Virus record (IMG/VR): IMGVR_UViG_3300005805_000364
Coordinates: 1 to 27,923 of that record
Source: a virus
Lineage: Duplodnaviria > Caudoviricetes
Reading direction: 5' to 3' (one strand)
Length of the DNA: 27,923 nt
Below the pieces are notes generated by a model. That model was not told the origin of the DNA, did no database searches, and saw only the letters and a program-made list of their open reading frames with translations. The first letter of the stretch is position 1. The number at the start of each line of letters is the position of its first letter. This document shows, piece after piece, positions 17,442-24,754 of this stretch. Position numbers and translations under genes: made by a program.

Positions 17442-17518
17442 TCTCTTCTCCTTCACGCCAATATCTCAGGCGCATCATTAAGTGCTTTGCAGCACGGTCT
17501 CACCCCGGAGTGGGGCTA

Positions 17519-17698
17519 TCAATCTCTGTTTTTTTCTTCGTCTAGCATGGAGTCAATCATGTCCAGGGTCGTTTGCAGACCCTGGTGCTCGCCTACCATG
17601 CGCTGATACGCTTCCCATGTCATTGCATTTCCCCCGGCAAGAGATACCTGCAATTCGTTCTGTCGTATCTTGATCCTGTGGATCAACGCTTCAATCAT
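17519..17698 (-). CDS. Small helical protein, 59 aa (below the ORF-track cutoff)
   Basis: Manual translation: MIEALIHRIKIRQNELQVSLAGGNAMTWEAYQRMVGEHQGLQTTLDMIDSMLDEEKNRD. ATGA overlap with the upstream gene. The Y..MVG...GL helical hairpin pattern is typical upstream of phage groES. Confidence 0.75.
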   Translation of the reverse strand: MIEALIHRIKIRQNELQVSLAGGNAMTWEAYQRMVGEHQGLQTTLDMIDSMLDEEKNRD

Positions 17699-17850
17699 TT
17701 CTTCTTGGCTTGCGACAGACCGCCGGCTGGTTTGCTGCTTTTACTAGAACCGCCTTTGGGCTGGTAACTAGTTCCATCAAGTTTTTCGCCCATTGCGATC
17801 CGCTTATGCTGGGGCACGTTGATGCCTTTTTGTTCCTGTTCAGAGGCCAT
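17695..17850 (-). CDS. Small basic protein, 51 aa
   Basis: Start moved to the ATG at 17850 (SD AGGAG, 1 nt after the portal stop): MASEQEQKGINVPQHKRIAMGEK...AKKK. Confidence 0.7.
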   Translation of the reverse strand: MASEQEQKGINVPQHKRIAMGEKLDGTSYQPKGGSSKSSKPAGGLSQAKKK

Positions 17851-17851
17851 T

Positions 17852-20308
17852 TCATACTCCTGGTGGTGGGGTTTCGGCTTGCGCCGGGGGAACAGCCCCA
17901 CCAATATCTGGGGGCTGCACTTGAGCTTGAGCCACATTCTGAATGGTCTCATGCGTCAATTTTGAATTCTCAATTGCAATCTTGGTTTGGTTATCCATGG
18001 CATGCTCCTGCATATCCTTTTGCAGTTTAGCCTGTGCCAGTTGAATATCAGCCTGATCCTTCTGGGTCTTGCGCTGAGTTTCAGCCATGCTGGTGTCCTT
18101 AACCACCTGTGCATCAGGCGGCAAGGGCTGCGGCTGGTTCTTGCGCTGCTGGGCCATCTGGATAAGCTGCTGGAAGGCCGGCGCAAATTGGCCAAACACC
18201 TCCTGCGTATCCATCATCACATGAGCACCCACGGTCGTGTAGACCTTGTCAATCGTTGGCGTAAGGGCCGGATTGTCATAGTCATCCACCGGCTTGCCAG
18301 TAGATTGCTCAACATACCCGTTGCTGCGATTGAGATACCACAGCGTCATGTGCTGCTTCAAATGCTCAATCAGATTATTCAGATAATTGGGATCAGCAAA
18401 TGGCGATTGGCCCAGGAAAGGGTTCATCGCAAACTGCAAATGATCCTGAATGTGAGCAATATGGTCTTGCTGCAAATACGCATATGCCGGCTGACCAATT
18501 AACAGTGCTGCATTTTCATCTGCCGATGTACGCTGTTCAGGTGCCGGTACATCCTTCATCAGTTCATTGATGTTGGGCACCTTCATCTGCTTGAGAACTC
18601 GAGCGAGCACCGTACTGATATTGAACTGATCCGGGTGTTTGTCAGCCAACGCCAGCACAGCCTGGGACTGGGCCATGCGCTGAGTTTCGCTGAAGATGTG
18701 CGGGTCAGACACCGGCACCACATCAGTGTTTCGTGCAAAGTCCTCGCGGCTGATCTCCAGATCTGCCACCACATCGGATTTCTGCATGTCGTCAAAATGC
18801 CACCGATTGAGCCGGCATAAAATTTTGAGGACTCGAGCCTGAGAGTCGTGCAACCGAGCATGGATGGCCGAGAACACCGCAGCACCCTGCTCAATCAGCG
18901 CCTGAGTGGTGCCCACAGGGGCATTGGCATTGATGTCAGCGATCTTTTCTTCGCTGGTGCTCACTACCCCCTTGGCCGCGGTGTCAAGCCAGCCCAAGAG
19001 CCGGAAAAGCACCTCGCTAGGCGGGTTGAATGGCATTGGCATAGCAATCTGCCGAATGTCCTGCACACCAGGCGCACCCTCAATCTCCACAATTTGGGTC
19101 ACCTCAACCTGCTGGCTTTGGCCACTAATCTTGGCCCCCTTGAGCTTGAGCATGGTCGCAGCGTTGTTGATGTGCGCCGAGTCCAGCAAAGCCCTCAGAG
19201 AGCCCGTCAGAGCCGCGCTGAGACCGCCGATAAGGTGCGGCAGGCCAATCGCATATGCGCCACGCCAGGGAATAAATTTGAACTCCACAACCCAGTCAAG
19301 CTTGGTCATGGTTTCATCAGATTCTTCCCAGTTGCGGTACAGGCCCACCACTTCCTGATCCAACTCGTCAATCATCAGGATGTACGGTGCGCTCCTGCCC
19401 TTGGTCTTTCTGTCCTCTTCCAACTCAAGATACGTGTAGATGTGATACACCTTACGTAGCCCGTCTTTGTTTTCCTCAAACTGCTTGCCTTCAACTTTGT
19501 TGTTGGCCTTCTCCACCTTGTTCTGCTCGAGGCTGGGCGCGGCTTTGATGAAATTGACATCGCGGTACATGCCAGTGCGGATGCGGCGCTCAAACTCATG
19601 CGCCGTAATCTCATGCACCTCCGCAGCACGTTGGGCCGTGTAGAAGTTGGTCGCAGCAAAAGGCAAGATCACCCGGTCAATGGGCAAGAACTCCACGCAC
19701 GGGCGCTTCTTCTCCTCATCAAACCACAGCTTGAAGTACTGAGAACCACCAAGCGGCAATTGCGTCAACAACTGCTCTTGCTCATCGCGGAACTCCTCAA
19801 TCTGCTCGCTGATCTGCCAGTTCAGATAATCTTTCTTGCGCTCGGCGGTCTGAGCTTTCAACTCATCCATCTTGCCGATCACCTTGGTCTTCACCGGGCC
19901 ATCAGGCGGGAACAACTCTTTGATTGCCCGTGCCGCAAAGTCCACGCAGCCCTCTGCCATGGCCGGGTGAACGACCTTGCTGGCACCCATGAACGTAGCA
20001 CCGCCAGGCGCATCATTGCCCATGCCAGTGCGCCGGATGCCCTCCTCATACTGCTTGTCGCGCAGCGAGCGAGCCTCCTTGTCAGACTCAAGCAAATCCA
20101 AGTACCGGAATGAAATCGACGACAACGTTCCAGGATCAATTGAATCAGCCAGGTTGTCGTAAAAGTCCGGGTTGAACTCTGGCCCATCCTCAATATCAAC
20201 AATGGCCGATCCGTCAGGCAATTCCTCGCTAGGCAGATCTGGCAGATCAACAACAGCAGAACCGTCGTCCTGCTCTTGGATTTGAATGTCTTCTTGATCG
20301 TCCATCAT
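17852..20308 (-). CDS. Portal protein (P22-like podovirus type, long Gln-rich C-terminus), 818 aa
   Basis: SKVVHPAMAEGCVDF...ELFPPDGPVKT, LPLGGSQYFK, GLPHLIGGL...LRALLDSA, APVGTTQALIEQG..VFSAIHARLH, VPVSDP. Lies between the terminase and head genes. Confidence 0.9.
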   Translation of the reverse strand: MMDDQEDIQIQEQDDGSAVVDLPDLPSEELPDGSAIVDIEDGPEFNPDFYDNLADSIDPGTLSSISFRYLDLLESDKEARSLRDKQYEEGIRRTGMGNDAPGGATFMGASKVVHPAMAEGCVDFAARAIKELFPPDGPVKTKVIGKMDELKAQTAERKKDYLNWQISEQIEEFRDEQEQLLTQLPLGGSQYFKLWFDEEKKRPCVEFLPIDRVILPFAATNFYTAQRAAEVHEITAHEFERRIRTGMYRDVNFIKAAPSLEQNKVEKANNKVEGKQFEENKDGLRKVYHIYTYLELEEDRKTKGRSAPYILMIDELDQEVVGLYRNWEESDETMTKLDWVVEFKFIPWRGAYAIGLPHLIGGLSAALTGSLRALLDSAHINNAATMLKLKGAKISGQSQQVEVTQIVEIEGAPGVQDIRQIAMPMPFNPPSEVLFRLLGWLDTAAKGVVSTSEEKIADINANAPVGTTQALIEQGAAVFSAIHARLHDSQARVLKILCRLNRWHFDDMQKSDVVADLEISREDFARNTDVVPVSDPHIFSETQRMAQSQAVLALADKHPDQFNISTVLARVLKQMKVPNINELMKDVPAPEQRTSADENAALLIGQPAYAYLQQDHIAHIQDHLQFAMNPFLGQSPFADPNYLNNLIEHLKQHMTLWYLNRSNGYVEQSTGKPVDDYDNPALTPTIDKVYTTVGAHVMMDTQEVFGQFAPAFQQLIQMAQQRKNQPQPLPPDAQVVKDTSMAETQRKTQKDQADIQLAQAKLQKDMQEHAMDNQTKIAIENSKLTHETIQNVAQAQVQPPDIGGAVPPAQAETPPPGV

Positions 20309-22602
20309 TTAGCCTTTTTCTTCATGATCATTTCAAGTGCCATCGTGCCAGTGCCTTTATGCATGACAACAGGTTTTTTGATGCGCTCTTTGCGAGAACT
20401 CATGCGCTCTTCCCGCTCCTCCGGATCTTCACGCAAAGCCAAATGATGTTGCGCTGCAACATTTTGCTCAGGAAATGCATGGAAGTCATCATCCTCATAC
20501 CCAGGATGCCGTTTGTTGGAAACAGCACCGCCCATGGCTTTTTTGACAATCTTAATTGGCTGCGGCATCACATACTCTTTACCGCGGGCCTTTTCTTGCT
20601 CCATCGGGTTATCAATCTCATATTCGCCTTTGTTTGCCTTGGCGTGTTCAATGTGAGACTGACTTACGTTATGAGTAAACGGAGTGTGATGCTCAAGATT
20701 AGATGTTGACTCGGTCGGAGTCGTCATCAAAATATGACCGGCTTCTTTGCCATTTTTGGTCTTGAACCGATTCTTAGGCAGGAATTCCGTATCCTTAAAC
20801 CGAGAATCAGTCGGAATCATGTGCGGTGTGCCATCATCATTGTGGCCCACTTGCACCAGCCGCGGATGCAATATGTGCTGCTTCTGATAGTCGTAGCGCT
20901 TGCCATTTACCGTCGTGTGACCGTAATGCGCCTTCTCAGGCGTGGTGGCCTTGCCGCTGGGGCCAAAGTGCCCCTCTGGGCCTTCTTCCTTCTCTTCAGG
21001 GGTCAACTCATGCTCTTCACGGCCAGTTGACCAGTATTTAGCATGCGTGATGTGCTTTTCCATCAGCTTGCTCATGGGAGAGCCGCGCTTGACATCGGTG
21101 ACCATGTATGAGCCCTTGGGAGGCGTCTTGTTGCCCTGCTCGTTTTTGAAGTCACCCTTGTTGTCAGCAGCCATGATGGTGTTGCGAACGCGCTGCTTAT
21201 CCCGGCCAATGTTCTCCGAAACCTCACGGCCATGCTTTACCTTAGGGCCGACGTTTGAATGCGTTACGAAGTAACCATTCTCAGGATCATGCAACTCATT
21301 GGTCTTGCCATATGAGTTTGCAATGATGGGCGGCTTGCCCTCTTCTTGCCGCTGTTTATTCAAATGCCTGATCACATGGCGCGATGACACATCAGTCTCG
21401 TCCACCACATTAGGACGGAACAATGTGCGCTCGTTGTTCTTGTCTGCCTTATTGGAAACTTCACGCAGTGAACCAGTATGAGCCAAGATAAAGTCCTTGG
21501 TCATCGCCGGATCGTGCTTAGCAATCGCATGGCCGGCCCGCCGGCTTGCTGCTGCCGCATACTGTGACTCGGCATTAGGCGCAAAGCAGGTGCCCTTGCT
21601 GGTATCCACAATACCATTCTTGTCAGTACCACCACCGCAGCCAGCAGTCTGACCAGGGCAGGTATTGATCACATGGTATTTCATGTCATCGCCATGCCCA
21701 GACACATACAGCGCATGGCCAGCAATACCCTTGGATGCATACCCAACATGAGTGCGGCCCTGCTCATCCTTCTCATGACGCACAGTATCCAGTTTCTCCG
21801 ACTCATCCAGCGTGTTCTTGTTGGGCTTGATGAATTTGGCTTCCCTGAGGCGGTTCAGAGCGTTCTTTTCCTCTTCTTGCTGCTCTTCAATAGGCTTAGA
21901 AAAATGCTCATCCAAAACCTTTTTGTGCAGCGCACCAATTTTGCTCAGCGTAAGGGGATCGCGGTGCTCTGATCCATAGACCTTTGCCCTGGCCTCTGCC
22001 ATGTTCTTCAGGCCCTCTGCAGATGCCTTGGGATTGCCCTCAATCATGTGCCGAGGAACCACGATTCCTTTGACACCTCCTGGGCCTTCTGCCTTGACCA
22101 AGACACGCTTGTCCTCAGTGCTGGCCGGCTGCTGGCTTTTCTTAGCCTGCAATTCAGTCTTCATCTGCTCAACAGAGGGCTGACCACCCTCTGCCATCGC
22201 CTGCGGAGGCTTCATCGCCGCCATCGCCTGGCCCTGCGGGGTCATGCTCAGGATGTTGCTTGGGGGCTGTGGGCCACTAAACGGCGTCTGAGCGGCTGAA
22301 GAGGGCCCGGATGGCATCTGACTAGGCTGCTGTCCCGGCATCGCGCCCTGAGGCTGCTGCTGGCCTGCCGTGGACATCAGTTGCTGGCCAGGATTTATCT
22401 GGCTCTGGTCAATACCGCCAATGGGCATGCCCTGAGGGGTTGCAACACCACCAGGAGACGGCTGAAACGATTGAGCAGCATCAGGCGGCATGTACGCCTT
22501 GGGTTTGATGTCGGGCGCTTCGTTCACGCCGATGCTCTGCATCTCAATTGGATTGCCGCGGCGAGCCAGCGCCACCCGCATCTGGGCCAGTGTCATGTCC
22601 AT
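20305..22602 (-). CDS. Large protein: disordered Gln/Pro/Met N-terminus plus a Cys/His-containing GP88-like domain, 765 aa
   Basis: TCPGQTAGC...GTCFA, FRPNVVDETD and SYGK resemble the phage 'gene product 88' motif order (recognised by eye). The domain is flanked by MAEGG and KAMGG motifs. Confidence 0.6.
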   Translation of the reverse strand: MDMTLAQMRVALARRGNPIEMQSIGVNEAPDIKPKAYMPPDAAQSFQPSPGGVATPQGMPIGGIDQSQINPGQQLMSTAGQQQPQGAMPGQQPSQMPSGPSSAAQTPFSGPQPPSNILSMTPQGQAMAAMKPPQAMAEGGQPSVEQMKTELQAKKSQQPASTEDKRVLVKAEGPGGVKGIVVPRHMIEGNPKASAEGLKNMAEARAKVYGSEHRDPLTLSKIGALHKKVLDEHFSKPIEEQQEEEKNALNRLREAKFIKPNKNTLDESEKLDTVRHEKDEQGRTHVGYASKGIAGHALYVSGHGDDMKYHVINTCPGQTAGCGGGTDKNGIVDTSKGTCFAPNAESQYAAAASRRAGHAIAKHDPAMTKDFILAHTGSLREVSNKADKNNERTLFRPNVVDETDVSSRHVIRHLNKQRQEEGKPPIIANSYGKTNELHDPENGYFVTHSNVGPKVKHGREVSENIGRDKQRVRNTIMAADNKGDFKNEQGNKTPPKGSYMVTDVKRGSPMSKLMEKHITHAKYWSTGREEHELTPEEKEEGPEGHFGPSGKATTPEKAHYGHTTVNGKRYDYQKQHILHPRLVQVGHNDDGTPHMIPTDSRFKDTEFLPKNRFKTKNGKEAGHILMTTPTESTSNLEHHTPFTHNVSQSHIEHAKANKGEYEIDNPMEQEKARGKEYVMPQPIKIVKKAMGGAVSNKRHPGYEDDDFHAFPEQNVAAQHHLALREDPEEREERMSSRKERIKKPVVMHKGTGTMALEMIMKKKAK

Positions 22603-22605
22603 ATT

Positions 22606-24210
22606 TCAACCCTTCCGGTTTGCCAATTCATACTTCATTCTGTCCATTGTCGCCTTTGCAGGGCTGACATGCACTTGACCGCCTTCTTTGTACAAGGGCA
22701 AGCCATTCTTTAATACGTCCTGGCGCATCTGATCAGTGATCGGGAAATAGTGCGCGGGTACTTTCTTGGGGTGATAGTCAAATTCAGGAGCCCGATCCAT
22801 CGGCAGGTTTGACATCGTAAAGCCGGCATCTTGTACCGCCTGCTCATACTCCTCTGGAGTGCGCTCCTTACCGCGGCTTTGCAACTCCACACCATGCAAT
22901 TGAGTCTTCACGCCATACTTCTTGCCGATATCGTTCAGAATGTTGGGCACTTTCTTGTCGTAGAAGACTTTCATGCCCTTATCACCGACTTTTAGATCAA
23001 CACCTGATATCTCGTGGAAAGAGGAATTGCCGAGTGATTGTTTTTTCTTAGGAGACTGAAGCAACTTTTCTGCTGCCTCTTTCCCTACGTAATTTGAAAT
23101 ATCATCATTTTTAACACCCTGCTGACTAAAAACATGGTGATTATTTTTATATCCGCTCAATTGACCTGACTCTGGAAACCACTGTAAAGAATCAATGTGA
23201 GCGCCTATGTCATATCGATCGGCCTGTTCTTGGCCCGGCGTCACCACGATGCCGTGGTAGCCCTTCTCGGCGGCGTGATGTACTAATCGCTTGAGGGCCA
23301 TCTCTTCCCAGTTCTTTTTGAACGGGGCGTCGGGGGCTTGTTTTTCTTGGACTAATGCCTTGTTGCCAAGATCTTCAAGTTTTTCAGTCTCACCCAACAT
23401 ATACGCCATTTCACTCAAAGGCGTTTTGGCTGAAATTAATTCGGCTTGGTTTTGATTCAAGCCCGTGTTTAACACATGATCGTAAACACGCTTCTTAAGA
23501 GATTTGATGTAGTCCTTGAGAACTTCACGAGCGTTGGCTTCTCCCGGCATTTTGTAGCCCCCCTCACGGCCCTTCTGATGCCAGTCCGACTGCAACTCCT
23601 CGAGGTGCAGCAATTTCTCGCCATTGGGGCCTGTGCGATCCTTCAAACGCATGCTCGCCAATATGCCAGGCTCGCCACCAAAATGCAGCGGATTTCCAGG
23701 AAATTGCTCTGCGCCTTTTGGGGCTTTGATCAGCATCTCACGGTAGTTCTCGCCGCCGGGTATTGTCCATTCGCCATGATGAGATACATGCTCTTGCAAT
23801 TCTTCCGGAAGATAACGATTGATATTACGGTCAGCCACCTCAGGCGCGTACAGCGTGGCTTGACTATATGTATGACCAGTATCTAAATACTGGTCAATTG
23901 CATCCTCATAAGCCTGCTCCCATGCCTTGTTGCGGGCCTTAGAGTCCTTGACAGGCTCGCCCAGCATCTTCTCTTTGATCGCCGGCACAGGCTTGCTCTG
24001 CAGTGCAGCCAAAAACTGCTCATGCGTCATCTTTGGGGCGTTGAGCAACTCTCCCAAACCGCGCTCGTTTACCTCGGTCTGCTTGACCCCAGGAATTGCC
24101 ATCAACTCCTTCAGGAACTCAGACCCGGTGCCCACCTTGCGCTTGAGCATCCCAGCAGCCTTGTCCAAGGACGAATACAGGGGCTTGCCTTGCCCGACAA
24201 GATCTTTCAT
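22606..24210 (-). CDS. Putative internal/ejected virion protein with an EELQSDWHQ domain (large polyvalent protein type), 534 aa
   Basis: LYSSL...GVKQTE, PGGENYREMLI, HF...R...LHLEELQSDWHQKGR, PDAPFKKNW...KR....AAEKGY...TPG.EQADRY, GMKVFYDKKVP, PIT..MR....GLPLYKEGG: a motif series seen in large phage polyvalent/internal proteins. Confidence 0.65.
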   Translation of the reverse strand: MKDLVGQGKPLYSSLDKAAGMLKRKVGTGSEFLKELMAIPGVKQTEVNERGLGELLNAPKMTHEQFLAALQSKPVPAIKEKMLGEPVKDSKARNKAWEQAYEDAIDQYLDTGHTYSQATLYAPEVADRNINRYLPEELQEHVSHHGEWTIPGGENYREMLIKAPKGAEQFPGNPLHFGGEPGILASMRLKDRTGPNGEKLLHLEELQSDWHQKGREGGYKMPGEANAREVLKDYIKSLKKRVYDHVLNTGLNQNQAELISAKTPLSEMAYMLGETEKLEDLGNKALVQEKQAPDAPFKKNWEEMALKRLVHHAAEKGYHGIVVTPGQEQADRYDIGAHIDSLQWFPESGQLSGYKNNHHVFSQQGVKNDDISNYVGKEAAEKLLQSPKKKQSLGNSSFHEISGVDLKVGDKGMKVFYDKKVPNILNDIGKKYGVKTQLHGVELQSRGKERTPEEYEQAVQDAGFTMSNLPMDRAPEFDYHPKKVPAHYFPITDQMRQDVLKNGLPLYKEGGQVHVSPAKATMDRMKYELANRKG

Positions 24211-24425
24211 AGAGGGCGCTCCTCAATCTCCAGATGGTGGGCGTGGGTTATTCGACCGCCATTTGCCTGCCCCTGCTGGCGCTGAGACATCCACTGAGCA
24301 AACGGGATCATGTCCTTCGTGTACCGCCCGGCCATATCAGCCTGGTACTGCTGCATTAATTGCGCCCGCATCGCAGCTTCTTGCCGCAACTGCTCGAGCT
24401 TGGCTTTATATGGCGTGGGAATCAT
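24207..24425 (-). CDS. Small protein, 72 aa
   Basis: ATG at 24425, 8 nt after a -10 box. ATGA overlap with the next gene. Carries the QANGGRI motif. Confidence 0.65.
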   Translation of the reverse strand: MIPTPYKAKLEQLRQEAAMRAQLMQQYQADMAGRYTKDMIPFAQWMSQRQQGQANGGRITHAHHLEIEERPL

Positions 24426-24433
24426 GGCGGTCA

Positions 24434-24462
24434 ATTATGCCCTTAGGCCCCTAGTTGGACAA
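24434..24462 (-). promoter_or_regulatory. Sigma70-like promoter for the structural operon
   Basis: The minus strand reads TTGTCC-17 nt-CATAAT in the intergenic gap, pointing at the gene cluster. Confidence 0.55.
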
Positions 24463-24477
24463 TCAGCACACCGGCCA

Positions 24478-24699
24478 TCACTCTGACAGATCCCCAGACT
24501 CTCGCAGCTTCTCCTTGCGCTTTCTGATCCACTCCCTGAGGGCCTGCACTGCCTGCTGCTCCCATATATCACTGCGGGGCTGGATGACGATCTCAAATCG
24601 GTTCTCGCAGATTGTGGTTCGCACCCCATCAGCACATGTGACTTGCGTGTAGTGCTGATCGCTGATCTGCGTGTAGATGTACTTTTCATCTTCCATCAT
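24478..24699 (-). CDS. Hypothetical protein, 73 aa
   Basis: SD GGAG upstream. Fills the gap after TerL. Confidence 0.65.
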   Translation of the reverse strand: MMEDEKYIYTQISDQHYTQVTCADGVRTTICENRFEIVIQPRSDIWEQQAVQALREWIRKRKEKLRESGDLSE

Positions 24700-24707
24700 T
24701 GCTCCAA

Positions 24708-24753
24708 TACTAATCTGTTTAGTAAAACAATTTGATTACTAAACAGATTAGTA
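24708..24753. promoter_or_regulatory. Two TACTAA-N5-TTAGTA palindromes arranged as an 18-bp perfect inverted repeat with a 10-nt spacer
   Basis: TACTAATCTGTTTAGTAA (24708-24725), AACAATTTGA, TTACTAAACAGATTAGTA (24736-24753). AT-rich island filling the gap after the TerL stop. Confidence 0.8.
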
Positions 24754-24754
24754 A

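Noticed and set aside
17447-17518. tRNA or hammerhead ribozyme in the groES leader
   Set aside because: There is no acceptor stem or T-loop consensus, and no CUGANGA/GAAA core in the right arrangement. It is kept only as a generic structured-leader candidate.
23281-23297. TACTAATC half-site of the recurring palindrome
   Set aside because: The right half (TTGAGGG) does not match, so it is compatible with chance.
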